From Bispira polyomma (taxonomy: Eukaryota): 64,000 nt of DNA. The translations under genes and the position numbers were made by a program. The stretch covers positions 42,470,001 through 42,534,000 of the forward strand of contig OZ287758.1 in assembly GCA_965649765.1 (NCBI GenBank). Direction: 5' to 3'. The first letter of the stretch is position 1. The number at the start of each line of letters is the position of its first letter. This document shows positions 1-14,000 of this stretch, piece by piece. Under the pieces are notes generated by a model, which was given only the letters and a program-made list of their open reading frames with translations, was not told the origin of the DNA and did not search any database.

Positions 1-179
1 GTTCAAGTCACCCCCAGAAATAATTTGTCAAAAGTCAATTGTCCTAATAATCAGGAATAATTAAAAATGACACAGTATCAGTTATATTCAAGTCAACATA
101 GAATAGTTAAAAATTATTTTGATCAAGGAAACTAGTTCTATACCGTGGTTTGTAAAAACAAGATAATCTATACTCTACT

Positions 180-570
180 CTAGCTCATATCATTACTTAT
201 ACTTCAAAATATTCCCACATATCTCCTGTTTTAAAAGAATTACACTGGCTTCCTGTTAAATTTCGAAGTTAATAACTGCCACATTGGTCTACAAGGGCTT
301 TCGCTACACACCTCCTAAAATACCTCAGCCCATATCTCACGTCCTACTGTCAGCAAGTCAATACCTATGGAGGTAATCCTAACAAATTATTTCTCTACGT
401 TCTTACCTCTATGATCACTGCTTATGCAAATCAAAAGTCCATTACAATCATATTTTCTCATACCCTGCACCCAAGTTATGGAATGACCTACCACAAGATA
501 TTAGATTATTACCTTCTCTTTCAACCTTTAGAAGCAAGATAAAGACCTATCTTTATAAAAAAGCTTATCC
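180..570 (+). mobile_element. 3' fragment of an L2/CR1-group LINE (degenerate ORF2 C-terminus)
   Basis: Translates in pieces to LAHIITYTSKYSHISPVLKELHWLPVKFRS* and PAPKLWNDLPQDIRLLPSLSTFRSKIKTYLYKKAY, matching the H-I-x-P-V-L-x-x-L-H-W-L-P and LWN-x-LP motifs at the end of L2/CR1-group ORF2; interrupted by stops and frameshifts. Confidence 0.85.
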
Positions 571-1945
571 TCCGGACCCTGTCTTACCATCACTGACTCG
601 CTCTCTGGTAACAATCATTTCTTCTGTCCACCAAGACACAATCACTGAATAATGATTTTGTTTGTTACTCCATAGAATCTGCTAAGACAGAGATAAGGCG
701 CCATTGTGGAATTGATTAGATAAGATAATCTAAAATTAAGCTAAATGGGGGTAATTGTTTAAATGCTACACTAGCAAATTGCACTGTCACCTACATCAAT
801 AAAACACATTTTTGTGAATATGGCATTTACATAGTAATGAAGGAACTGGTAAAATAATTATGTTAAACAAGAAGGTTTAGGATGAGAAGTAAGTTGACCA
901 AAAGAAAATAATTTTTACTATTTCGATTTGTCATTATATAACTTTTCTGTTCTGATCATATTCAGTTATATATCCTTTCATACAACTCAAACCACACTCG
1001 CATATCACACCACCACCAATGATCCTAATGAAATATGCATGAAATATACTGGTGCTGTTACAGTTAAGGCTCGCCAACAGTTAAGACCCACCTAATGTTT
1101 GACTGGAATGAAAGATTGCTTTTGAATGTGTTATAGATATAGTAATCCATTTAGTGTGTCATTTTGTTTTCACTACCACAATATTTGTGTTAAAATATCA
1201 ATGCTTCTCAAAGATACTGACCATTAAATTCAGGGTGGGTGCATACATATAAATATTATCTACCTAGAATATGAAATATACGTAAATATGTTACAATGTT
1301 CAAATAATTGGTTAGATAATATATCAATTCTACTGTCTACTAAACATCCAATATCTCCATCGACTTTTACATAAAGGCATTAGCTCTATTATAACATCAC
1401 AAGAGATATGTATGCCCATGTCATCGAAATCTTCCATAAAAATATTAATATCACAACCAGATAACAGTTAGTCAACTGTTTACACCCAGAACATGTCATC
1501 CAATTCGACTATTCATGCACTATAAAATGAAACCAGCTAAACGTACATATCAAATTATCATTCAACTTTACAAAGACAACAGTGTCAAACAAAATACACA
1601 TGCAAAGATTTCAATTTTACTTTTTAAAATGTGTGAAACAGTTAATGGAATATATTCTAGGTTTGTGTATTTATAATTTGTACATATAAACATTCTTAGA
1701 ATGCAAAGCCTGATAAACTGTATTTTAATACATGAGAGCTGGATTTCTGAAGGTGTTCCAGTCAAGAACTGGTACACTAATATGTGTTTGTGGCAACTAA
1801 AGTGCACTAAATGACCCAGCAGTCAACTAATAAAAGCATGTCCACAGAACCATGCAGTGTTCACTATCTGTATACATAGATACCAATGTATGTGTTTCAG
1901 GAAGGTAAATGTAGATTCACTTATTTTATCTTTATTTATTTCCAG

Positions 1946-2069
1946 ATATACTATTGAGTTTTTGGATGTGAAAACACTGTTAATTAGTGTCACCTTCAAA
2001 GTACAATTTGCTGTGTCCGGAATATTTATCTCTTATGATGACAAAGGAGAAGAAATATTTCGACAGCCG
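1946..2069 (+). CDS. Mucin-like gene exon (domain D0, middle)
   Basis: tttccag acceptor, gtgagt donor; [41 protein letters not shown]; phase 2 to 0. Confidence 0.7.
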
Positions 2070-5000
2070 GTGAGTTTGAGGGTCTGATTGGTTTTAATAT
2101 CTATTAACACATCTTCAACTGGCTTCAATAAGGATACAAATGGGCTGTCTATTTCTTTGAATAATTATGTTATAATAATATCCCCTGTTAAATAACCGAG
2201 TGGTTAGGGAGTTGGTCTGGTGATCACAAGGTCCCCAGTTTGACTCCTGGTTGAGTAGTTGGTCTCTTGACTGTATGGTAACAGGTTCAAATGCTGGCAA
2301 CGCTATAATGGTTATTAGAGGATAACACACGCAGGCAAGATGTAAACTTGCCATTGCTCACAATAATGGAAAATGGAGCATTTCTGTGAATGGATAGGGC
2401 GCTGTATAAATCTGTTATATTATTTTTGTCATTATAATGAACATTTGGCCATGTATTGGAATCATGATTGATAGTTTATCCATTATAATGCTTCACTTTA
2501 TGTCTGGCATCAATAAGATGTGATAAAAATCCACAATATAATTGAATACCCTTCATTATAAATCTACAAATGTATTATAACAGATAATGATTCAGGTGGA
2601 CACTGGAGGGAGGGGGAGGTACACCGACTACAATGTCAGAAACTGTACATAACAGGGACAGTATTCACAAAAGGGCTAAATCAAGATCGATTTAGATCGA
2701 TTATACCTTAGTGCTAGATTTAGGACAATATCTGTGACTACTGACCCACAAGTATATTAGAAAGTAAATACTGATGTATATAGCAAGGGTAAAATTTGAC
2801 AAAATAACTGGAACAACCAGTTAGTATCGACAATACCTTAATATGTTAGAATCATTTGTATTTCTATTTTACATTTTACATTAAAAAGTCCTTTATTAAT
2901 GTGAGGCATCTGCTGAAGCAAAACAACAGCACCAATTAACCAATCATGTAGTCTAAAAACTATAGCCAGGTCGTAGGGCAAGGTGGGGTGATGTACAGGG
3001 CGATAATTAAGAGGGGTAAGCAAGTGGGTTTTACAGAGGTCTTTCCTCTACACATTACAGTGTACAGATACTTAGGGGGGAAATTGATCCATCTAACTCT
3101 TCAGGTCCAGTCCTTTGTAAATAAGAGAAGTCATTGAAAATTTTTATTCATATGTTCAGTTATTTTGTTGCTGTTATGCTTTCAGATTATTAATCTTGAG
3201 GAGGAAGCAACCAACTTTGTTAACATTGATATATCAATCCCAGAAGCGGCTGCAAAAATAGAACTGATCTTTGCGGGGACCTCAAAAACATTTTCAAGAC
3301 TCAGTGAGGTCCAGATCATTATTTGTGATGGTGAGTAAATATTTACAGGTTATAAACTGTTTTAGATGGTAATCTTGTAAGGTGACTCAGTGAAAACTAA
3401 AGTCTCCGATAAAAGCCAAAATTACCATATAACCACAGTAGTTTTAGCCATCATGCGATCTGATTTGTATACCATGTACACTGAAACTGAAAAAGTATTA
3501 ACTGCTGCTGAAAGTATTTTTGTGTGTGACAATTCTTAAGGAAGAAAGTACATACTCACAATTTTTACATGTACTGTATCACTTTAGAGGCATACTTTAA
3601 GTACATAATGTAAGCAGTATATTATCCAACTTGTATGTTTTTATTTTATAATTTTTTGGTAATAAAGTAGTTTTATATAACCCACACCTTTAAAACTTTA
3701 ATTTCATATGCTCTTTTAAAAGAAAGCAACATTACAGTGTAAATAAATTCATCTCACTAACATGTAGGTTTCCAATTTTGTGCCACAAACATGTACAGTG
3801 AAATATTTAGGCCGGGTTAAGTTTTAGGGTGGCACAATTTAAGTAATACTAATTGTCATCACCAACCTTAATCAGCTATTATGTGTGCTTTAGGTTAAGT
3901 TGTGGTAACTTCAGTAAAACAGTAGTTAAGTAAAGGTAACCATACATTTGGGACCTTACATTTTTACCAAAATATTGGATTATGCTAGGAGATCAATATC
4001 AAAGCAGGTTTTTCAAAATTAGTACGTAAACAGTGTATCTAATAAGTTATTAATACATGTGTCAAGATCAGTCGAGGACATATAATAAATAAAATTATTT
4101 GTGCAATAAATAATTATTTGTGCAGGCTTATAATAAAAGCGTATTTTAAGCGTGTATATAATGTGTCTTTCCAATAAAACTACCATGTTTGTAATGTTGA
4201 AAATAAACAATACTTGTATAGATATGTTTATTGGTGTATGTTCACTTGTTCAGTCCAAAACTTTAACAATTTTACAATATGCAAAACCATTCATGCTCAA
4301 AAAATTATATTTGATTCATTGAAAAACATATTAAAATATGTAAAGCTGTGTTTATTTCCTTAATATTAACCATTTATAGTGTTGAGCTATTTGTTAATCA
4401 ATCGTAAGAATCCCAACTTAAGTCACACCTACACAACTGTTTTTAAGTCACGCCCTTTGCTAAGTCTGAGATTGTGGTATGTTCTTTGTGAATGACTGAT
4501 CCTAAGACAAACATTTTTTTTCAAAAGGTTAAGACAAAAGTGAAAGTGAACAATTACATTTTTTATTTTAAGAGACAGATGAACAATATATTATAGCAGA
4601 TTTATATTTCTTTGTATGTCTATCTACAACAACACCAACTGCTACACCAACAGGTACATCAACACCAACACCCATACCAACACCAACTCCAGCACCTACA
4701 CCCATACCATCACCCATACCAACTCCTACTCCAGCACCCGTACCAACTCCTACTCCAGCACCCGTACCCACTCCTACTCCAGCACCCGTACCCACTCCTA
4801 CTCCAGCACCCATACCGACTCCTACTCCAGCACCCACACCCACCCCAACTCCTGCACCTATTTGCCCTAATAAGACCAATCAAATTGAATTAGATTATGA
4901 TAACCTCAGCCAAGGTTCAGTCCGTCTTTCTGTGTCTCCAGTACAAGCTGAAGATGCACTGGACTCTCCAGTGTCAATGTTTGTTATGAACTCTAGTTTA

Positions 5001-8000
5001 GTGACCATTACTGTCACATTTTCACCACCAACCGACCTGAGCTTCATGATGTTTTCTGTGACAAATATTAGCCTCGTCAAATACGACATTTTTCTACAAA
5101 ACAAAGTTATTGTGATGCCTGAAGATGTAAGTTGTTTCACGAGTATTAAATATTTTAATGGTTTCATCATACATTTATTTTCACTTTATAGACATCATTT
5201 AGAATTTATTACCACTCAATATCAAATAATTTTGTACTTTAGCACAGATGATAAATGAAATTGCCCCCTGTACTGGTAGTTATTGTTTTCTATATTTTTA
5301 GACAGAAATTGGTAATACAGGATCCTTTACCAAGATCACAGTGACTCTAGGTGACAGTGCAAAGAAAGTAGAGTCAGTGAGCATTCATCTGCAACAGGCC
5401 AACCTTGACATAGGCGTGATTAAAGATCTTCTGTTTATTGAGTGTGATGGAGATGATGTGCCACCACGTAAGTACATGGCAGTCTTAGATCTAAAAAATA
5501 TGTCACTGTATTTAAGCATATATATTTGCCAAGTATATCTCAGAAACTAACTACATCACACTGTCAAAATTATGCCTTAATGTATCTATGCATGTCAGAT
5601 ATTAAAATTATCCTTTTTCCCTGAAAAATGTTGGTACATAGCCACCTTACATATCAATAATTGATGGTATTTCAGAGTATGTTTAAAAAATCTATCATAC
5701 TTTCAATATGTATTCTTAATGTATCTATCTGTTTGTATACTGAAATGTAATTCTTCCCTTAGTTCTAAATATGTTACTCTATTTGACAAAATATTTAATA
5801 AACGCTTTGTACTATCAAAGTAGACAAATTATAGCTACTTTATCAAATGACTAAATCATCTTAAACTTCCTAAAATACATTTTATGTACTGAAAGTTTGT
5901 AATCATTAAACAGCGAAAGACTGTCCTGCAGAAGAACTAGCTAGATATGATTTTACTGATTTCCCATCAGTCATTGTGAATGTAAACAATGGTGTGGGGT
6001 CTGCTGAAGACGCTCTGTTAAATTCAATGTCTGGATTACAAATCACAACTGGTAGTGGAGAAAACCAGTTGAATGTGACATTCAATGAACCTCTACTCCT
6101 ATCTGGCCTCAGATTCACTACACAGTTTGTGACCAACATGACCGTGACCCTAATTTCTGGATCTGGTTCAGTATCAAGTAAAGTAAGACCCAAGTGTATT
6201 ATTTACTTTGTTCTTATTTGTTTAATGATGGGTTTTCATTGTTTATCTATGTCTCAAATTTTTCATATACAAACTGAGTATACACCAAAATATAAACAGT
6301 ACAACACTTTTGGAAAAACTTAACTAAATATATTTATTTTTAATTCTGAAAACTCAATTGTCTTTTTTTCAATATCATGAATAATATTTGTCATTAAAAG
6401 ACATCATTTACACATCAATAACTGACTGAAATATTTGTAAATATATATTTCAGATAGAGATTTCAGATGAAAATGTTGCTACATCACACCTTGTGTCAAT
6501 ATCTGCTGAATTTCCCCTGATATCAACAATTACATTTTTATTTGAAGAGACAGATGAAGAATATATTATAGCAGATTTATACTTCTTTGTCTGTGTATCT
6601 ACAACAACACCAACACCCGTACCAACTCCTACTCCAGCACCCATACCAACTCCTACAGCAACAGGCACACCCACACCAGCACCCATACCCACTCCTACTC
6701 CAGCACCCGTACCCACTCCTACTCCAGCACCCATACCGACTCCTACTCCAGCACCCGTACCAACTCCTACTCCAGCACCCACACCCACGCCAATTCCTGC
6801 ACCTATTTGCCCTAATAAGACCAATCAAATTGAATTGGATTATGATAACCTCAGCCAAGGTTCAGTCCATCTTTCTGTGTCTCCAGTACAAGCCGAAGAT
6901 GCACTGGACTCTTCAGTGTCAATGTTTGTCATGAACTCTAGTTTAGTGACCATTACTGTCACATTTTCACCACCAACCGACCTGAGCTTCATAATGTTTT
7001 CTGTGACAAATATTAGCCTCGTCAAATACGACATTTTTCTACAAAACAAAGTTATTGTGACGCCTGAAGATGTAAGTTGTTTCACGAGTATTAAATATTT
7101 TAATGGTTTTATCATACATTTATTTTCACTTTATAGACATCATTTAGAATTTATTACCACTCAATATCAAATAATTTTGTACTTTATCACAAATGATAAA
7201 TGAAATTGCCCCCTGTACTGGTAGTTATTGTTTTCTATATTTTTAGACAGAAATTGGTAATACTGGATCCTTTACCAAGATCACAGTGACTCTAGGCGAC
7301 AGTGTAAAGAAAGTAGAGTCAGTGAGCATTCATCTGCAACAGGCCAACCTTGACATAGGCGTGATTAAAGATCTTCTGTTTATTGAGTGTGATGGAGATG
7401 ATGTGCCACCACGTAAGTACATGGCAGTCTTAGATCTAAAAAATATGTCACTGTATGTAAGCATATATATTTGCCAAGTATATCTCAGAAACTAACTACA
7501 TCACACTGTCAAAATTATGCCTTAATGTACCTATGCATGTCAGATAATAAAATTATCCTTTTTCCCTGAAAAATGTTGGTACACAGCCACCTTACATATC
7601 AATAATTGATGGTATTTCAGAGTATGTTTAAAAAATCTATCATACTTTCAATATGTATTCTTAATGTATCTATCTGTTTGTATACTGAAATGTAATTCTT
7701 CCCTTAGTTCTAAGTATGTTACTCTATTTGACAAAATATTTAATAAACGCTTTGTACTATCAATGTAGACAAATTATAGCTACTTTATCAAATGACTAAA
7801 TCATCTTAAACTTCCTAAAATACATTTTATGTACTGAAAGTTTGTAATCATTAAACAGCGAAAGACTGTCCTGCAGAAGAACTAGCTAGATATGATTTTA
7901 CTGATTTCCCATCGGTCATTGTGAATGTAAACAATGGTGTGGGGTCTGCTGAAGACGCTCTGTTAAATTCAATGTCTGGATTACAAATCACAACTGGTAG

Positions 8001-11000
8001 TGGAGAAAACCAGTTGAATGTTACATTCAATGAACCTCTACTCCTATCTGGCCTCAGATTCACTACACAGTTTGTGACCAACATGACCGTGACCCTAATT
8101 TCTGGATCTGGTTCAGTATCAAGCACAGTAAGACCCAAGTGTATTATTTACTTTGTTCTTATTTGTTTAATAATGGGTTTTCATTGTTTATCTATGTCTC
8201 AAATTTTTCATATACAAACTGAGTATACACCAAAATATAAACAGTACAACACTTTTGGAAAAACTTAACTAAATATATTTATTTTTAATTTTGAAAACTC
8301 AATTGTCTTTTTGTATATCATGAATTATATTTGTCATTAAAAGACATCATTTACACATAAATAACTGACTGAAATATTTGTAAATATATATTTCAGATAG
8401 AGATTTCAGATGAAAATGTTGCGACATCACACCTTGTGTCAATATCTGCTGAATTTCCCCTGATATCAACAATTACATTTTTATTTGAAGAGACAGATGA
8501 ACAATATATTATAGCAGATTTATACTTCTTTGTCTGTGTATCTACAACAACACCAACACCTGTACCAACTCCTACTCCAGCACCTACACCCATACCATCA
8601 CCCGTACCAACTCCTACATCAACAGGCACACCCACACCAGCACCTGTTCCAACTCCTACTCCAGCACCCGTACCTACTCCTACTCCAGCACCCGTACCCA
8701 CTCCTACTCCAGCACCCATACCTACTCCTACTCCCGCACCTACACCCATACCATCACCAGTACCCACCCCTACATCAACAGGCACACCCACACCAGCACC
8801 CGTACCAACTCCTACTCCAGCACCCGTACCCACTCCAACTCCAGCACCCGTACCCACTCCTACTCCCGCACCTACACCCATACCATCACCAGTACCAACC
8901 CCTACATCAACAGGCACACCCACACCAGCACCCGTACCAACTCCTACTCCAGCACCTGTACCCACTCCAACTCCAGCACCTATACCCACTCCTACTCCAG
9001 CACCTACACCCATACCATCACCAGTACCAACCCCTACATCAACAGGCACACCCACACCAGCACCCGTACCAACTCCTACTCCAGCACCCGTACCCACTCC
9101 AACTCCAACACCTATACCCACTCCTACTCCCGCACCTACACCCATACCATCACCAGTACCAACCCCTACATCAACAGGCACACCCACACCAGCACCCGTA
9201 CCAACTCCTACTCCAGCACCTGTACCCACTCCAACTCCAGCACCTATACCCACTCCTACTCCAGCACCTACACCCATACCATCACCAGTACCAACCCCTA
9301 CATCAACAGGCACACCCACACCAGCACCCGTACCAACTCCTACTCCAGCACCCGTACCCACTCCAACTCCAGCACCTGTTCCAACCCCTACTCCAGCACC
9401 TACACCCATACCATCACCTGTACCAACCCCTACATCAACAGGCACACCCACACCAGCACCCGTACCAACTCCTACTCCAGCACCCGTACCCACTCCTACT
9501 CCAGCACCCGTACCCACTCCTACTCCAGCACCCATACCGACTCCTACTCCAGCACCCGTACCAACTCCTACTCCAGCACCCACACCCACGCCAATTCCTG
9601 CACCTATTTGCCCTAATAAGACCAATCAAATTGAATTGGATTATGATAACCTCAGCCAAGGTTCAGTCCATCTTTCTGTGTCTCCAGTACAAGCCGAAGA
9701 TGCACTGGACTCTTCAGTGTCAATGTTTGTCATGAACTCTAGTTTAGTGACCATTACTGTCACATTTTCACCACCAACCGACCTGAGCTTCATAATGTTT
9801 TCTGTGACAAATATTAGCCTCGTCAAATACGACATTTTTCTACAAAACAAAGTTATTGTGACGCCTGAAGATGTAAGTTGTTTCACGAGTATTAAATATT
9901 TTAATGGTTTCATCATACATTTATTTTCACTTTATAGACATCATTTAGAATTTATTACCACTCAATATCAAATAATTTTGTACTTTATCACAGATGATAA
10001 ATGAAATTGCCCCCTGTACTGGTAGTTATTGTTTTCTATATTTTTAGACAGAAATTGGTAATACTGGATCCTTTACCAAGATCACAGTGACTCTAGGCGA
10101 CAGTGCAAAGAAAGTAGAGTCAGTGAGCATTCATCTGCAACAGGCCAACCTTGACATAGGCGTGATTAAAGATCTTCTGTTTATTGAGTGTGATGGAGAT
10201 GATGTGCCACCACGTAAGTACATGGCAGTCTTAGATCTAAAAAATATGACACTGTATTTAAGCATATATATTTGCCAAGTATATCTCAGAAACTAACTAC
10301 ATCACACTGTCAAAATTATGCCTTAATGTACCTATGCATGTCAGATAATAAAATTATCCTTTTTCCCTGAAAAATGTTGGTACACAGCCACCTTACATAT
10401 CAATAATTGATGGTATTTCAGAGTATGTTAAAAAATCTATCATACTTTCAATATGTATTCTTAATGTATCTATCTGTTTGTATACTGAAATGTAATTCTT
10501 CCCTTAGTTCTAAGTATGTTACTCTATTTGACAAAATATTTAATAAACGCTTTGTACTATCAATGTAGACAAATTATAGCTACTTTATCAAATGACTAAA
10601 TCATCTTAAACTTCCTAAAATACATTTTATGTACTGAAAGTTTGTAATCATTAAACAGCGAAAGACTGTCCTGCAGAAGAACTAGCTAGATATGATTTTA
10701 CTGATTTCCCATCGGTCATTGTGAATGTAAACAATGGTGTGGGGTCTGCTGAAGACGCTCTGTTAAATTCAATGTCTGGATTACAAATCACAACTGGTAG
10801 TGGAGAAAACCAGTTGAATGTTACATTCAATGAACCTCTACTCCTATCTGGCCTCAGATTCACTACACAGTTTGTGACCAACATGACCGTGACCCTAATT
10901 TCTGGATCTGGTTCAGTATCAAGCACAGTAAGACCCAAGTGTATTATTTACTTTGTTCTTATTTGTTTAATAATGGGTTTTCATTGTTTATCTATGTCTC

Positions 11001-14000
11001 AAATTTTTCATATACAAACTGAGTATACACCAAAATATAAACAGTACAACACTTTTGGAAAAACTTAACTAAATATATTTATTTTTAATTTTGAAAACTC
11101 AATTGTCTTTTTGTATATCATGAATTATATTTGTCATTAAAAGACATCATTTACACATAAATAACTGACTGAAATATTTGTAAATATATATTTCAGATAG
11201 AGATTTCAGATGAAAATGTTGCGACATCACACCTTGTGTCAATATCTGCTGAATTTCCCCTGATATCAACAATTACATTTTTATTTGAAGAGACAGATGA
11301 ACAATATATTATAGCAGATTTATACTTCTTTGTCTGTGTATCTACAACAACACCAACACCTGTACCAACTCCTACTCCAGCACCTACACCCATACCATCA
11401 CCCGTACCAACTCCTACATCAACAGGCACACCCACACCAGCACCTGTTCCAACTCCTACTCCAGCACCCGTACCTACTCCTACTCCAGCACCCGTACCCA
11501 CTCCTACTCCAGCACCCATACCTACTCCTACTCCCGCACCTACACCCATACCATCACCAGTACCCACCCCTACATCAACAGGCACACCCACACCAGCACC
11601 CGTACCAACTCCTACTCCAGCACCCGTACCCACTCCAACTCCAGCACCCGTACCCACTCCTACTCCCGCACCTACACCCATACCATCACCAGTACCAACC
11701 CCTACATCAACAGGCACACCCACACCAGCACCCGTACCAACTCCTACTCCAGCACCTGTACCCACTCCAACTCCAGCACCTATACCCACTCCTACTCCAG
11801 CACCTACACCCATACCATCACCAGTACCAACCCCTACATCAACAGGCACACCCACACCAGCACCCGTACCAACTCCTACTCCAGCACCCGTACCCACTCC
11901 AACTCCAACACCTATACCCACTCCTACTCCCGCACCTACACCCATACCATCACCAGTACCAACCCCTACATCAACAGGCACACCCACACCAGCACCCGTA
12001 CCAACTCCTACTCCAGCACCTGTACCCACTCCAACTCCAGCACCTATACCCACTCCTACTCCAGCACCTACACCCATACCATCACCAGTACCAACCCCTA
12101 CATCAACAGGCACACCCACACCAGCACCCGTACCAACTCCTACTCCAGCACCCGTACCCACTCCAACTCCAGCACCTGTTCCAACCCCTACTCCAGCACC
12201 TACACCCATACCATCACCTGTACCAACCCCTACATCAACAGGCACACCCACACCAGCACCCGTACCAACTCCTACTCCAGCACCCGTACCCACTCCTACT
12301 CCAGCACCCGTACCCACTCCTACTCCAGCACCCATACCGACTCCTACTCCAGCACCCGTACCAACTCCTACTCCAGCACCCACACCCACGCCAATTCCTG
12401 CACCTATTTGCCCTAATAAGACCAATCAAATTGAATTGGATTATGATAACCTCAGCCAAGGTTCAGTCCATCTTTCTGTGTCTCCAGTACAAGCCGAAGA
12501 TGCACTGGACTCTTCAGTGTCAATGTTTGTCATGAACTCTAGTTTAGTGACCATTACTGTCACATTTTCACCACCAACCGACCTGAGCTTCATAATGTTT
12601 TCTGTGACAAATATTAGCCTCGTCAAATACGACATTTTTCTACAAAACAAAGTTATTGTGACGCCTGAAGATGTAAGTTGTTTCACGAGTATTAAATATT
12701 TTAATGGTTTCATCATACATTTATTTTCACTTTATAGACATCATTTAGAATTTATTACCACTCAATATCAAATAATTTTGTACTTTATCACAGATGATAA
12801 ATGAAATTGCCCCCTGTACTGGTAGTTATTGTTTTCTATATTTTTAGACAGAAATTGGTAATACTGGATCCTTTACCAAGATCACAGTGACTCTAGGCGA
12901 CAGTGCAAAGAAAGTAGAGTCAGTGAGCATTCATCTGCAACAGGCCAACCTTGACATAGGCGTGATTAAAGATCTTCTGTTTATTGAGTGTGATGGAGAT
13001 GATGTGCCACCACGTAAGTACATGGCAGTCTTAGATCTAAAAAATATGACACTGTATTTAAGCATATATATTTGCCAAGTATATCTCAGAAACTAACTAC
13101 ATCACACTGTCAAAATTATGCCTTAATGTACCTATGCATGTCAGATAATAAAATTATCCTTTTTCCCTGAAAAATGTTGGTACACAGCCACCTTACATAT
13201 CAATAATTGATGGTATTTCAGAGTATGTTTAAAAAATCTATCATACTTTCAATATGTATTCTTAATGTATCTATCTGTTTGTATACTGAAATGTAATTCT
13301 TCCCTTAGTTCTAAGTATGTTACTCTATTTGACAAAATATTTAATAAACGCTTTGTACTATCAATGTAGACAAATTATAGCTACTTTATCAAATGACTAA
13401 ATCATCTTAAACTTCCTAAAATACATTTTATGTACTGAAAGTTTGTAATCATTAAACAGCGAAAGACTGTCCTGCAGAAGAACTAGCTAGATATGATTTT
13501 ACTGATTTCCCATCGGTCATTGTGAATGTAAACAATGGTGTGGGGTCTGCTGAAGACGCTCTGTTAAATTCAATGTCTGGATTACAAATCACAACTGGTA
13601 GTGGAGAAAACCAGTTGAATGTTACATTCAATGAACCTCTACTCCTATCTGGCCTCAGATTCACTACACAGTTTGTGACCAACATGACCGTGACCCTAAT
13701 TTCTGGATCTGGTTCAGTATCAAGCACAGTAAGACCCAAGTGTATTATTTACTTTGTTCTTATTTGTTTAATAATGGGTTTTCATTGTTTATCTATGTCT
13801 CAAATTTTTCATATACAAACTGAGTATACACCAAAATATAAACAGTACAACACTTTTGGAAAAACTTAACTAAATATATTTATTTTTAATTTTGAAAACT
13901 CAATTGTCTTTTTGTATATCATGAATTATATTTGTCATTAAAAGACATCATTTACACATAAATAACTGACTGAAATATTTGTAAATATATATTTCAGATA

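Noticed and set aside
966-1095. Possible extra upstream exon of the mucin-like gene after ttcag at 965
   Set aside because: No convincing donor or domain similarity; frames end in stops
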